This document shows positions 30,001 through 40,008 of a DNA stretch of 64,000 nucleotides, one piece after another. The notes below the pieces were generated by a model, which saw only the letters and a program-made list of their open reading frames with translations, had not been told where the DNA came from and ran no database searches. The translations under genes were made by a program, and so were the position numbers. The stretch comes from Actinomycetales bacterium (lineage in GTDB: Bacteria; Actinomycetota; Actinomycetes; Actinomycetales; Micrococcaceae): NCBI GenBank assembly GCA_038199275.1, contig JBBPZC010000151.1, positions 5,749 through 69,748 of the forward strand. The letters are read 5' to 3'. Position 1 is the stretch's first letter; each line of letters starts with the position of its first letter.

Positions 30001-30936
30001 ATGGAAGATGACTTTGGCCAGGACCCCGATACCGCACAGCACGACGACGAAATGGCCGAGGCACCCCTTGATACAAGCCCCGCGCCCACGCGGGTTCCGG
30101 GGGAGGGCATCATTGTTTTGGCGGCGACACCCATCGGCAACATGGGGGATGCGTCCGCGCGCCTGGTGGCCTGGCTTGGCGCCGCAGACATCGTGGCGGC
30201 CGAGGACACCCGCCGCCTGCACCGGCTGGTCAGCAGCCTGGGCGTGAAAGTGGGCGGGCACATTGTCAGCTACCACGAACACAATGAAGCGACCAAGACG
30301 GCGGAGCTGCTGCGCCAGGTGCAGGACGGCAAGACCCTGTTGATGGTGACCGACGCCGGCATGCCCTCGGTTTCCGATCCCGGGTACCGGTTGGTGACCG
30401 AAGCGGTGGCGGCGGGTGTGAAGGTGACGGCTGCTCCCGGGCCTTCCGCCGTGCTCACCGCGTTGGCCCTGTCCGGGCTGCCGACCGACAGGTTCTGCTT
30501 TGAGGGATTCCTACCGCGCAAGTCGGGGGAGCGTTCGGCCCGGTTGCACGAACTGGCCACTGAAAAGCGCACCATGGTTTTCTTTGAGGCGCCGCACCGG
30601 CTCGAGGCCATGCTGCGGGCGCTGCACACTGCATTTGGCCCGACTCGCCCGGCCGCCGTGTGCCGCGAAATGACGAAGACGTACGAGGAAGTGATCCGCA
30701 GGCCGCTCTCCGGGCTGCTGACATGGGCCGAGGCAACTCAGATTCGTGGCGAGATCGCGATCGTTGTGGGAGGCGCCCCCGACGCAGACCCGGGTACGCC
30801 CGAAGACCGCGTCGCCGCCGTCAAGGAGCTCATGGCCCAGGGCATGCGCATGAAGGAAGCCGTTGCCGTCATTGCCCACGACGTGCACGTGAGCAAGCGC
30901 GAACTTTACAGCGCGGTGCTGGCCGCGAAGGACTGA
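30001..30936 (+). CDS. rsmI: 16S rRNA C1402 2'-O-methyltransferase
   Basis: ATPIGN, AEDTR, DAGMPSVSDPG and REMTKTYEE motifs. TACGCT -10 box 6 nt before ATG. Confidence 0.96.
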   Translation: MEDDFGQDPDTAQHDDEMAEAPLDTSPAPTRVPGEGIIVLAATPIGNMGDASARLVAWLGAADIVAAEDTRRLHRLVSSLGVKVGGHIVSYHEHNEATKTAELLRQVQDGKTLLMVTDAGMPSVSDPGYRLVTEAVAAGVKVTAAPGPSAVLTALALSGLPTDRFCFEGFLPRKSGERSARLHELATEKRTMVFFEAPHRLEAMLRALHTAFGPTRPAAVCREMTKTYEEVIRRPLSGLLTWAEATQIRGEIAIVVGGAPDADPGTPEDRVAAVKELMAQGMRMKEAVAVIAHDVHVSKRELYSAVLAAKD

Positions 30937-31097
30937 GCGGCGTTTCGCGGAGCATTTTCATCGGATTGCGCAACGGGACTGAACGGGTATTCAGCGCAGA
31001 ACTGACGCCGGCCCGGGCAAAACCAAATGGCACTGCGTGGACCCTCACCCATTTTTTGAGGTGAATGGTTGGACGCTGGTCTGAGCTGCGCGGAAGT

Positions 31098-31358
31098 TTA
31101 TCGCGAGTAGTGGAACCGGCATTGCGCTACGAGGACGTCATCGCCATCAATGCGGTACACGAGTCGGTGTTCGTCAGTAATTCGCCGGGACCAGTAGCCT
31201 TGGAAGCCGTGGCGCAATGGCTCTGGCTTGCCGATCCCCTCGTTCCCGCTCCGCGCAATATCCTTGAGCAGCTCGTTGATACGGCGCACCAATTTGCGGT
31301 CGGTCGATTGCCAATGGAGATAGTCCTCCCAGGCGTCCTCGCTCCAGGTTAAGTTCAT
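31098..31358 (-). CDS. yoeB: Txe/YoeB family toxin
   Basis: AWEDYLHWQ, GIGKPEPLR, WSRRITDEHRLVY and CRFHY motifs. Confidence 0.96.
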   Translation of the reverse strand: MNLTWSEDAWEDYLHWQSTDRKLVRRINELLKDIARSGNEGIGKPEPLRHGFQGYWSRRITDEHRLVYRIDGDDVLVAQCRFHYSR

Positions 31359-31606
31359 TCGATCATGTCGCGTCGGGTGCCACGGCCTTCTTCGAGGTTC
31401 TTGATGGAACGCAGGAGTCGAGTAGCGTTTTCCGGGCTGCGCATCAAATATGCAGACTCTTTAAGCGACTCGTAATCTTCCAAGGAAACAATGACCACGG
31501 GTTCTTTGCCGGCTCGCGTGATCACGACTTCTTCCCGGTCATCCAGTACCGAGTCGAGAACTGAGGCATAGTTGGCGCGTGATTCCGAATAGCTCATGGT
31601 TTTCAT
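31355..31606 (-). CDS. yefM: Phd/YefM family antitoxin
   Basis: MSYSESRAN...VVITR...SLEDYESLKESAYLMRSPENA. ATGA overlap with yoeB. Confidence 0.95.
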   Translation of the reverse strand: MKTMSYSESRANYASVLDSVLDDREEVVITRAGKEPVVIVSLEDYESLKESAYLMRSPENATRLLRSIKNLEEGRGTRRDMIE

Positions 31607-31621
31607 GGCACACCCTTTCAA

Positions 31622-31637
31622 GTACAACTAATTGTAC
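31622..31637 (-). promoter_or_regulatory. Probable YefM operator overlapping a TACAAT -10 box
   Basis: GTACAA-CTAA-TTGTAC inverted repeat just upstream of yefM. Confidence 0.7.
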
Positions 31638-31853
31638 CTCAGTTTGGTTGGGGCGCGCCAGGTGGTCATGTGCTCAGCTCAACAGAAGCTCCATTTTTTC
31701 GGCGCGAGCAACTCATCCTCATCCAGGACGGAGAGCGCTGGTTGGTGGTGAGCACCCCTGGCTCATCGCGGGATGAGACACTACGCCAAGTTTCAGAGCT
31801 CGATCGGATGCCTGCTGTCACGGTCATAGCCCGTCGGCCAGCCGGTCAGGGTG

Positions 31854-31869
31854 CTGTGCAAGTGCACAG
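31854..31869. promoter_or_regulatory. Palindromic operator candidate upstream of gabD
   Basis: CTGTGCA-AG-TGCACAG. Confidence 0.5.
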
Positions 31870-31992
31870 TGAATTCCCGGGCGGCAGTGCGGGCATGCGT
31901 AGACACCCGTGTTCGGCGAGAACTACCGTAAAGGCACTGGAACCAATGCCGCCGAAAGTCCTGCCTAGCGGCATCAATCACAAGGAGACACC

Positions 31993-33480
31993 ATGACCGT
32001 GAGCGCTGCCACCGACGTCACCAACCGCGAGAGTGCCCTGCTGGCATCCGTTCCCACCGGATTGCTCATCAACGGTCAGTGGCGCCCAGCCGCATCCGGG
32101 AACACCTTTGCCGTGCATGACCCCGCCACCGGTGACGTTCTCCTGGACGTGGCCGACGCCGGAGCCCAGGACGGTGCCGACGCTCTCGACGCCGCCGTGG
32201 CCGCCCAGGAGGAATGGGCCGCCACCTCCCCGCGTTTCCGTGCCGAGATCCTGCGCCGCGCCTTCGACATGGTCATTGCCCGCGCCGACGACTTTGCCCT
32301 CCTGATGACCCTGGAGATGGGCAAGCCGCTGGCCGAGGCGATGGGTGAAGTCAAATATGGCGCCGAATTCCTGCGCTGGTTCTCTGAAGAGGCTTCACGT
32401 TCCTTCGGCCGTTATTCCTCCAACCCCGAAGGCACCCAGCAGATCCTGGTGCAGAAGAAGCCGGTTGGCCCGTGCCTGCTGATCACCCCTTGGAACTTCC
32501 CGCTGGCCATGGCCACCCGCAAGATTGCCCCCGCCATCGCAGCCGGCTGCACCATGGTGCTCAAGCCCGCCAACCTGACCCCGCTGACCAGCCAGCTGTT
32601 CGCCCAGGTCCTGATCGAGGCCGGCCTGCCGAAAGGCGTGCTGAACGTGATCGCCACAAGCGACGCCGGCGGCGTCACCGGCCCCATCATTCAGGACCCA
32701 CGGCTGCGCAAGCTCTCCTTCACCGGTTCCACCCCTGTGGGCAAGCGCCTGCTTGCCGATGCCTCCGCCAACGTTCTCCGTACGTCCATGGAGCTCGGTG
32801 GCAATGCCCCGTTCCTGGTCTTCGAGGACGCCGATCTGGAGGCCGCCGTGGAGGGTGCCATGGCCGCGAAGCTGCGCAACATGGGCGAGGCCTGCACCGC
32901 AGCGAACCGCTTCCTGGTCCACGAATCGGTGGCGGATGAATTCGCCAGCAAGTTCGCCGCCAAGATGGCCGCCATGCCGCTGGGCCGCGGCACCGATCCG
33001 TCCGCCAAGGTGGGTCCGTTGATTGATGCCAAGAGCCGGGACAAGGTCCACTCGCTCGTCTGCGACGCCGTGGCCGACGGCGCAACCGCCATCACCGGTG
33101 GTGCCCCCGCCGAGGGTGCAGGCTTCTTCTACCAGCCCACCGTCCTGCAGGGCGTGGAACCGGGGGCCCGCATCCTGGCCGAGGAAATCTTCGGCCCCGT
33201 GGCACCCATCGTGACCTTCAAGACCGAGGATGAGGCCGTCGCCCTGGCCAACGCGACCGAATACGGCCTGGTCGCCTACGTCTTCACGAAGGACCACAAC
33301 CGCGGCATGCGCATGGCCAATCGCATTGAAACCGGCATGATGGGCTTAAACGCCGGCGTCATCTCCAACGCCGCGGCACCCTTTGGCGGCGTCAAGCAGT
33401 CCGGCCTGGGCCGCGAAGGCAGCGTTGAGGGTATCGAGGAATACCAGTACACGCAGTACGTCGGCATGCCCAGCGCGTAA
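31993..33480 (+). CDS. gabD: NAD(P)-dependent succinate-semialdehyde dehydrogenase
   Basis: ITPWNFP, FTGST, MELGGNAP, GEACTAANR, EEIFGP and PFGGVKQSG motifs. AAGGAG RBS. Confidence 0.9.
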   Translation: MTVSAATDVTNRESALLASVPTGLLINGQWRPAASGNTFAVHDPATGDVLLDVADAGAQDGADALDAAVAAQEEWAATSPRFRAEILRRAFDMVIARADDFALLMTLEMGKPLAEAMGEVKYGAEFLRWFSEEASRSFGRYSSNPEGTQQILVQKKPVGPCLLITPWNFPLAMATRKIAPAIAAGCTMVLKPANLTPLTSQLFAQVLIEAGLPKGVLNVIATSDAGGVTGPIIQDPRLRKLSFTGSTPVGKRLLADASANVLRTSMELGGNAPFLVFEDADLEAAVEGAMAAKLRNMGEACTAANRFLVHESVADEFASKFAAKMAAMPLGRGTDPSAKVGPLIDAKSRDKVHSLVCDAVADGATAITGGAPAEGAGFFYQPTVLQGVEPGARILAEEIFGPVAPIVTFKTEDEAVALANATEYGLVAYVFTKDHNRGMRMANRIETGMMGLNAGVISNAAAPFGGVKQSGLGREGSVEGIEEYQYTQYVGMPSA

Positions 33481-33489
33481 CATCTGCTC

Positions 33490-33530
33490 CCAACGCTCTC
33501 CTGCATTAAGTGGGGGAGCGTTGGTGTTTT
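33490..33530 (+). terminator. Intrinsic terminator after gabD
   Basis: CCAACGCTCTCC...GGGGAGCGTTGG followed by TGTTTT. Confidence 0.75.
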
Positions 33531-33536
33531 TAATCG

Positions 33537-36080
33537 TCAAAGGCGGGACAGCGTCTGAGACTTGGTGGGGCGCCGGGGGAGGAACGACGCCGGAACGAAC
33601 GTTGCGCGCCACCGTCGCCAGGGCGTTGCCGATGTGTGGAAACGGGACACCATCAGTTCTGCCGCCTCGGCCAAATCTTCCCGGCCCGGATGACCGTCCC
33701 CACCAGCGCCGCCGCCGTACACCTCCTGCTCATAGGAGTGCAGCAACAGCTCCAACCCGGCCGGGGCCACATTGCCCAGGAACGCAGCCATCGCCTTCGC
33801 CTGCAGGGCAGGGGTGAGCGTTGGATCAAGGACAAAGCCGTGGTCGACGGCGGTCGCCACCACCTCCCGCCACGCCAGCACCTCGGGTACGGGCCGAGTC
33901 CCGGCAACCCCATCGCCAGCAGTCCGAGTCCCGCCAGTCCCAGCCCCAGCAGTTGGAGCCCCGGTGGGCCGAGTCCCGCTACCACCGGCCTCGTCGGCCC
34001 CATCCTCCGGGACCCAGCCGTCGCGCACCAACGCCAAGCGCCGCCGTCGGACGGCAGTGCGGACCACTGCCGGGGCGAGCAGAACGGCGAACACCAGCAA
34101 CACCCAACCCGCGCCTGCCAGCCAGCGGCCCGGCTGGAACGTTTCCGTCTGCGCACCCGCCACCGCAGGGGCCGTGGTGGGCGGGGCGCTCGTGGGCGCC
34201 GAATCCGTGGCCTGGCCCGGCAGAAGCTGGTTCTCATCCACCACCGGTGCCGCAGCGAAGTCCTCCTGTGCGTAATCGGGCACGTTGCCGCGGGACGGCG
34301 TGGGCTCAAACGGTACCCAGCCCAGACCCTCGAAATACAGTTCGGGCCAGGCGTGGGCGTCCCGGCCGGTCACCTCAAAACCGCGCATCTGCACGCCGTC
34401 CTCCAGAGTGTCGAACGCGGTGGCGCGGGAGCCGGCGGTGTAGCCCACGGCAATGCGGGAGGGAATGCCCACCTCGCGGGCCATGACCGCCATGGCGGCG
34501 GAAAAGTGCACGCAATAGCCGGACTTTTGCTCCAGGAAAGTCTCCAGCACCCCCATGCCGGAGCCGTCATAGCCCTCGGCGACCGGCGTGCTGAGGCTGT
34601 AGGAGAAGTCATCCGAACGAAAATAGTCCTGGATCGCCATCGCCTTCGCATAGGGGCTGGGCGCAGCAGCTGTCAGCTCCAACGCCGTGGTGGACACGAT
34701 CTGCGGAACATCGTTGGGCAGCTTGGAAAAGATCGGGTCCAGATCGCCGCGCGGCGCCGCAGTGGCCCCGTTGAGCACCGCAGGGGTCAGTGCCGGCATC
34801 TCACTGCGCACCGTGTAGCTCTGCCCGGCCGTCGTGGAGGTCTGCGACATGATGGTGGCGGTCTCGGGATTCCACAGCCACACGCCCGGCAATTGCTGCA
34901 CATCCGTGGCGGTCAACGGCGCAGGCAACCACACATCGCCCACCCCCGGCACCGTGATGCGCGTTGTGGTCCTGACCTTCTCCAACCCCTGATTCGGCCC
35001 GGCTGCGGGGGAGAGGCCGGACAGTTTCGCTTGCAAATCCGAGGGCAGCGCCGATGGCTCCCACGTCTTCCCCTGGAAATTCTCCAACGTGGTCAGGCGC
35101 AAATACGCCGGCGCCTCCGGAGCGCTCGTGGTGTAGTGCAGCGTCACCCTCGAGGACTGCGAGCGCAGATCGTCGCCCAGCGACAGCATCGGATCCAGCG
35201 ACCCGCCCACGCCGGTCGCATTCAGCGAGGCACCCTGTGGGTAGAGCCCCTTGGTGAATCCCGGGATGGCCCCGGTCACCATCGTCATCAGAAGTACGAC
35301 GGCGGCACCCAGGGCCGTGGCCCGCACCAGTACTCCGGTGGCCGCCTTGGGCGTATCGGTGCGCAGCTTCCCGTCCGGGGCATACCAGCGTGCCGCGCCC
35401 AGCATCAGCAGGTAACCGCCGGCGGTGCCCACCAGGCCCGGGGTGCTGATGCCGGTTCGGGTGGTCAGGGCGGCGGGCAGGAGAACCAGCACCAGGCCCA
35501 GGATGCCGGCTGGCGGGATCGCCACGGTGATCACGAGCGTGTCAATCAGCAGTGCGGCGAAGCCCAGCCCGGCACTGAGGACAAAGTGCATGTCAGGGAC
35601 GGATGGCGCCGGGGCCAGATTGTGCATGATGGTCGAGGAAGCGTCCGTGGCCAGATCCAGCACGGCGCTCAGTGTTCCCGTGGTGGGGATGAAGCCCAGG
35701 ACGGCCGTGCCGGGGAAGAACACCAGGGTCATCGACATGAACCAGCCCGCCAATGCCCCCAACGGAGCAAAGGGGGCAAGACCCTGATAGCGGCGCATCA
35801 GGGCCGGGAGCAGCAACGTCCCGGCAACCACGACCGCGGCCAGCGGCAACCAGCGCATGTCACGCAGCACCCCCTGCAGCCCGAGCGAGGAAGCCATGAC
35901 CGCGACAAAGATGGCCGCGGCCAGCACCCACCGGGCCGGACCCGTCTGGCGGGGGCCCAAAAAAGTCCGCAACGGGTCGCCCGGCGGATGGGTGCCGCCG
36001 TCGTGCTTCCGGCCGGAGGGGCCCTGCCGCCCGGAAGAGTCCTGGCCGGCGGGGCCGGGGCGCGCGATGGTGCCGGTCAT
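33537..36080 (-). CDS. Membrane transglutaminase-like protein (TgpA/DUF3488 + TGase domain)
   Basis: Multiple TM segments, GYCVHFSAAMAVMAR, AHAWPELYF and WVPFEPTP. ATGA overlap with the DUF58 gene. Confidence 0.92.
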   Translation of the reverse strand: MTGTIARPGPAGQDSSGRQGPSGRKHDGGTHPPGDPLRTFLGPRQTGPARWVLAAAIFVAVMASSLGLQGVLRDMRWLPLAAVVVAGTLLLPALMRRYQGLAPFAPLGALAGWFMSMTLVFFPGTAVLGFIPTTGTLSAVLDLATDASSTIMHNLAPAPSVPDMHFVLSAGLGFAALLIDTLVITVAIPPAGILGLVLVLLPAALTTRTGISTPGLVGTAGGYLLMLGAARWYAPDGKLRTDTPKAATGVLVRATALGAAVVLLMTMVTGAIPGFTKGLYPQGASLNATGVGGSLDPMLSLGDDLRSQSSRVTLHYTTSAPEAPAYLRLTTLENFQGKTWEPSALPSDLQAKLSGLSPAAGPNQGLEKVRTTTRITVPGVGDVWLPAPLTATDVQQLPGVWLWNPETATIMSQTSTTAGQSYTVRSEMPALTPAVLNGATAAPRGDLDPIFSKLPNDVPQIVSTTALELTAAAPSPYAKAMAIQDYFRSDDFSYSLSTPVAEGYDGSGMGVLETFLEQKSGYCVHFSAAMAVMAREVGIPSRIAVGYTAGSRATAFDTLEDGVQMRGFEVTGRDAHAWPELYFEGLGWVPFEPTPSRGNVPDYAQEDFAAAPVVDENQLLPGQATDSAPTSAPPTTAPAVAGAQTETFQPGRWLAGAGWVLLVFAVLLAPAVVRTAVRRRRLALVRDGWVPEDGADEAGGSGTRPTGAPTAGAGTGGTRTAGDGVAGTRPVPEVLAWREVVATAVDHGFVLDPTLTPALQAKAMAAFLGNVAPAGLELLLHSYEQEVYGGGAGGDGHPGREDLAEAAELMVSRFHTSATPWRRWRATFVPASFLPRRPTKSQTLSRL

Positions 36081-37411
36081 AAGAGTGCACCCCCAAGCGC
36101 GGCGGGGGCATCCAATTCGGTCCACGCCGCCAGCAATGTGGTGGCTGGCGTCAAGAGGGAGATGCGCCACCCGGCCCGGCGCAGGATGTGCGCGGCGGGC
36201 TCGGCCTCCTCACGGTTCTGGCATAGCAGGAGCGCGTAGGCGTGCTGCACGGAATCGGAACGCCCGGCCAGCAGCAGCGCCTCGGCCTCGGTGAGCGTGC
36301 CCATCACCGCCACCAGCGGGCCACGGCGCTCGCCGCCATGGAGCCGTTCGGCCAGGTTCGTGGACAGGGCGGTTTGGTCGGCGGGGGCCAGCTCGACGGC
36401 GGCAAGCCCGGCCGCGATGTCCAGCTCACCCTGGGTGCCGGCGAACAAGTCGCGGGCGGGGTCCGGGGCGGAGGCGGAGTTGAGCAGGGCGGGGTCGGCG
36501 CGGTGGTCCAGCAGGGTGAGCGTGAAGTTGTGCTCCAGCAGGTGGGCGGCGATGGAGGCGGCGGCGACCACGGCGTTTTCGAAACCCACGGTGGTTACCA
36601 GCTCGGGCAGGCCGGTGGTGGTGCGTCCGGCAATTTGGAACAGTTCCATGCTGCGGCCCGGCTGCCCGAACGCGGTGTGCCGACGGTCCAGCACCAGGAC
36701 GGCTTCTGGGGTGGTGACGGATTCCTCGTCGCGCACCATCAACTTGCCCTGTCTGGCAGTCACCGGCCAGTGGACGCGGCGCAGGGAATCCCCGTAGCGG
36801 TAGTCGCGGGTCATGACGTCGTCCTGGCGGGAGTGGGCCAGCTCGGCGGTGGCCAACGATCCGTCCTGGCCGCGGCCTTCCGTCATGGAAATGAGCGGAA
36901 GTGTCAGGGCGGCAGGGGCAATGGTGAGTTTGTCGCCGTCGTCCAATCCGCGCTTCAGGGCGGCGACGTCGAAGGGGTCGGTGAAAGTGCCGGCCAGGGG
37001 GCCCACGGTGAAGACGCCGCGATGGCCCGGGTGCAGGGTGTAGTGGTAGTCACTGCGGAGGCTCTTGGGCGCCACGGGTTGCGGGTGGTTGAAAATGGGG
37101 GAGAGGCGGAAGCTGAACGGCAGCTCCTCCCGCAGGCGGCTTTGGGACCCGGCGGGGTTGCGGCCGTGCACCTGGAGGGTCACTTCCACGGGCGTGCCCA
37201 CCCTGCCCAGCCGGGGGGACAGTGTGCGCTTGAGCGTGAAACCTGGTTTGAAGAAGTGCAGTGAGGCGTAGGCGACGGCGGGCAGGACAAAGCAGAAAAT
37301 GGCCACGGTGAGCAGGTCGCGACGGCCCAGAACGGAAGCCAGCAAGAGGGCCAGAAGGCCGGCGGCAAGAAGCAGCCAACCCCGCGGCCGAAAAATCCGG
37401 AATACGTTCAT
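36077..37411 (-). CDS. DUF58 domain protein
   Basis: RGVFTVGP...DPF and RDYRYGDSLRRVHW...GKLMVRD motifs. Confidence 0.92.
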   Translation of the reverse strand: MNVFRIFRPRGWLLLAAGLLALLLASVLGRRDLLTVAIFCFVLPAVAYASLHFFKPGFTLKRTLSPRLGRVGTPVEVTLQVHGRNPAGSQSRLREELPFSFRLSPIFNHPQPVAPKSLRSDYHYTLHPGHRGVFTVGPLAGTFTDPFDVAALKRGLDDGDKLTIAPAALTLPLISMTEGRGQDGSLATAELAHSRQDDVMTRDYRYGDSLRRVHWPVTARQGKLMVRDEESVTTPEAVLVLDRRHTAFGQPGRSMELFQIAGRTTTGLPELVTTVGFENAVVAAASIAAHLLEHNFTLTLLDHRADPALLNSASAPDPARDLFAGTQGELDIAAGLAAVELAPADQTALSTNLAERLHGGERRGPLVAVMGTLTEAEALLLAGRSDSVQHAYALLLCQNREEAEPAAHILRRAGWRISLLTPATTLLAAWTELDAPAALGGALL

Positions 37412-37419
37412 CGCTTGGC

Positions 37420-38622
37420 CTACCTGCCCGGGGCGCCCTTCCCGGCACGCCCGTCCTGCTGGCGCCCATTCGGTTGGCGCCTGTCCGGCTGACGCCCATC
37501 CGGCTGACCCGGGACGGCCACCTCCGCCAGGATTCCGGCAATGACACTCGAGGCCGTGGCGCCCTGACTGGCGGCGCTGCGCTCAACGAGGAGCCGGTGG
37601 GCCAGAACCGGTTCGGCCAGCGCCCGGATGTCATCGGGGAGCACGAAGCCGCGACCGGAGAGCGCTGCCGCCGACTTTGCCGCCCGCAGCAGCTGCAGCA
37701 ATGCTCGGGGGCTGGCGCCCAGGCGCAACTCCGGGCTGGTCCGGGTCGCCTGGCCCAGCGCAACAATGTAGCTGTGCACCGCCGGCGCCACATGGATGGC
37801 GGCGACGGTTTCCATCATGGCCGCCACCTGCGCCAACGACGCGACGGGGCGCACCGCATCCAGCGGGTTGGCGGACTGGTGCGTTTCCAGCATGGCCATC
37901 TCGGCACTGGTATCGGGATAACCCAGGGAGATGCGGGCCATGAAGCGGTCGCGCTGGGCCTCCGGCAACGGGTACGTGCCCGCCATTTCAATGGGGTTCT
38001 GCGTGGCCACCACCATGAACGGGGCGCCCAGCGGGTAAGTGGTGCCGTCCACGCTGACCTGGTGCTCGGCCATGGACTCAAGCAGCGCCGACTGCGTTTT
38101 GGCCGACGCCCGGTTGATTTCATCGCCAATCACAATGTTGGCAAAGATGGCGCCGGGGCGGAACTCGAAGTTTTGGGAAGACTGGTTAAAGATGGAGACG
38201 CCGGTGATGTCGCTGGGCAGCAGGTCCGGGGTGAACTGGATCCTGTTGACCGAACAATCCAGGGAGCGGGCCAGGGTCTTGGCCAGCAGGGTTTTCCCCA
38301 CGCCCGGCACATCCTCCAGAAGCAGATGCCCGCCCGCAAGCAGCACCGTCAGTGCCAGCCGGACCGCCTCCGCCTTGCCGTCCACCACCCCGTTCATGAC
38401 CGCCATGATCCGGGTGCTCAGTGCCGCAAAATGCTCCGGCGCCATGGAGGCGGCATTGTGGCCGGCCGGTTGGCCGGCTGCCGAATCCGCGCCGTTGACG
38501 TCAGGGCCCGCGCCGTTGCCGTCCGACGCCACGAATTGCGCGGACCGGGGACTGAATTGCGGGGCCTGCGGCGTCACCACAGCGCCTCCGTCGGCCGCCA
38601 GCAAAGTTTCATGGGGGTGCAT
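37420..38622 (-). CDS. MoxR-family AAA+ ATPase (start uncertain)
   Basis: HLLLEDVPGVGKT, RIQFTPDLLPSD, DEINRA, ATQNPIE and PEAQRDRF motifs. Confidence 0.95.
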   Translation of the reverse strand: MHPHETLLAADGGAVVTPQAPQFSPRSAQFVASDGNGAGPDVNGADSAAGQPAGHNAASMAPEHFAALSTRIMAVMNGVVDGKAEAVRLALTVLLAGGHLLLEDVPGVGKTLLAKTLARSLDCSVNRIQFTPDLLPSDITGVSIFNQSSQNFEFRPGAIFANIVIGDEINRASAKTQSALLESMAEHQVSVDGTTYPLGAPFMVVATQNPIEMAGTYPLPEAQRDRFMARISLGYPDTSAEMAMLETHQSANPLDAVRPVASLAQVAAMMETVAAIHVAPAVHSYIVALGQATRTSPELRLGASPRALLQLLRAAKSAAALSGRGFVLPDDIRALAEPVLAHRLLVERSAASQGATASSVIAGILAEVAVPGQPDGRQPDRRQPNGRQQDGRAGKGAPGR

Positions 38623-38769
38623 GCCCCGCCTTTCGCAAAATTCAACCGACACACAAGGAGCCGCTTATTGTTATCCACGCTACTAGCTTGCCGCGGGTTT
38701 GGGGTTATTGGGGGCCAAGGTAATTGTGCAAACGTTGACATCCTCCCCTCCCTTTCGGGAGGGGATTCC

Positions 38770-40008
38770 TTAGGCCGCTGGTGCGGTTGTGGGCTGTTTG
38801 GTTGGCGTTGAGGCACGGGTAGGTGTCTTTCTCGCCCGATCCCCCGAATGTCCTCGGGTTGGGTTTTGCGGTGTTGAAGTGGCGCGGTTGAGGATGTTTT
38901 TTGCGGCGTTGATGTCTGCGTGCTCGCCGTGTCCGCAGTTGGTGCATTCGAAGTCCGCTTGGCTCTTGCGGTTTTCTGGTGCGATGTGGTGGCAGATCCT
39001 GCATTCTCGTGAGGTATTGACAGGGTTGATGCGAATGACGGTTGTTTTGTGATCCAGGCGGGTGGCGAACTCTCCCCAGCACGAGGCGAGGACGAGGCGG
39101 TTCAGGGCGGCTTTGGCGCGTGCACCGTTGGGCAGGTACTCACCGGGCACATCGGGATTCTGACGTGGTTTGGGTTTGCGGACCATGTTGCGTATTTGGA
39201 GATTTTCGATCACGACAGTGTCGTAGCGCCGCGCCAGTGCAGTGGTCCTCTGTTCGATCCAGTCGGTGCGTCGGTTGCTGAGCGTGCCACGGAGCCTGGC
39301 CATGGCATCCAGCGTGCGCTGACGCCGGTGGGATCCTTTGGTTTGCCGGGATAGTCGTTGCTGCAGTGCCATGAACCGGGACCGCTCCCCGGGTGTTAGT
39401 CCGGGGAGAGTGTCGAGAATTTCCTCACTGGTGGCGATGGTGTTTTTCACGCCCCGGTCGATCCCAACAGCCTTCCCGGTGCCGGCAACTATTTTCGGTC
39501 GCGGGGCCGTGGTGAGGGATAGGTGCCAGACATTGTTGCGCAGGGTCGCCCTGGCGCTGGTGGCTGCTGTCGCTTCCATCCAAGCGTAGGTCAGACGGAA
39601 GGAGACCCATCCGACCTTGGGGACCAGTGCTTGAGCCCATTTCCGGTTGATGCGCCGCAGGGACATGTCGCGAATAGTGAAGCTTCCTTCACGGTTCTTG
39701 GAAGACTTGAAGGCCGGGTACTTGGCGTGCCCGTCGAAAAAGCGACGGAACGCAGCATCCAAGTCTCGCAGTGCGCCCTGCTGGACAACGGCGGATCCTG
39801 CCCGCAGCCAGTCCACCTCCCGGCGCAGTTCCGTGAGTTGCCGGGACTGGGTGGCGAAATTGATCTTTTCAGCGAAGTGTCTCTTGGCAGGTGTCCACAT
39901 GCTGCGCTGCTCCAGGGCAATGTTGTAGACGAACCGGGCATGGGCGGCATGCATTTCCAGGAGCATGATCTGCTCTTGAGTTGGGTACAGCCGCTGCTTT
40001 AAGCTCAT
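38770..40008 (-). CDS. tnpB: TnpB RNA-guided endonuclease
   Basis: RLYPT HTH start, RuvC-I GIDRG, RuvC-II VIENL, Zn finger CRIC...CTNC, RuvC-III ADINAAKNI. Confidence 0.96.
   Translation of the reverse strand: MSLKQRLYPTQEQIMLLEMHAAHARFVYNIALEQRSMWTPAKRHFAEKINFATQSRQLTELRREVDWLRAGSAVVQQGALRDLDAAFRRFFDGHAKYPAFKSSKNREGSFTIRDMSLRRINRKWAQALVPKVGWVSFRLTYAWMEATAATSARATLRNNVWHLSLTTAPRPKIVAGTGKAVGIDRGVKNTIATSEEILDTLPGLTPGERSRFMALQQRLSRQTKGSHRRQRTLDAMARLRGTLSNRRTDWIEQRTTALARRYDTVVIENLQIRNMVRKPKPRQNPDVPGEYLPNGARAKAALNRLVLASCWGEFATRLDHKTTVIRINPVNTSRECRICHHIAPENRKSQADFECTNCGHGEHADINAAKNILNRATSTPQNPTRGHSGDRARKTPTRASTPTKQPTTAPAA

Noticed and set aside
29947-30282. N-terminal extension of pmt overlapping rsmI as given in the ORF track
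   Set aside because: It overlaps a conserved divergent gene. A leaderless GTG start at 29946 explains the locus.
31670-31996. 108-aa ORF before gabD
   Set aside because: No RBS or domain, and it runs through the gabD promoter/operator region. At most a gene fragment.
33636-36239. 867-aa plus-strand ORF (also 37474-38811, 5949-7004, 14998-16110 and similar)
   Set aside because: Antisense shadows of motif-supported genes. Stop-poor opposite frames are expected at high GC, and these have no recognisable domains.
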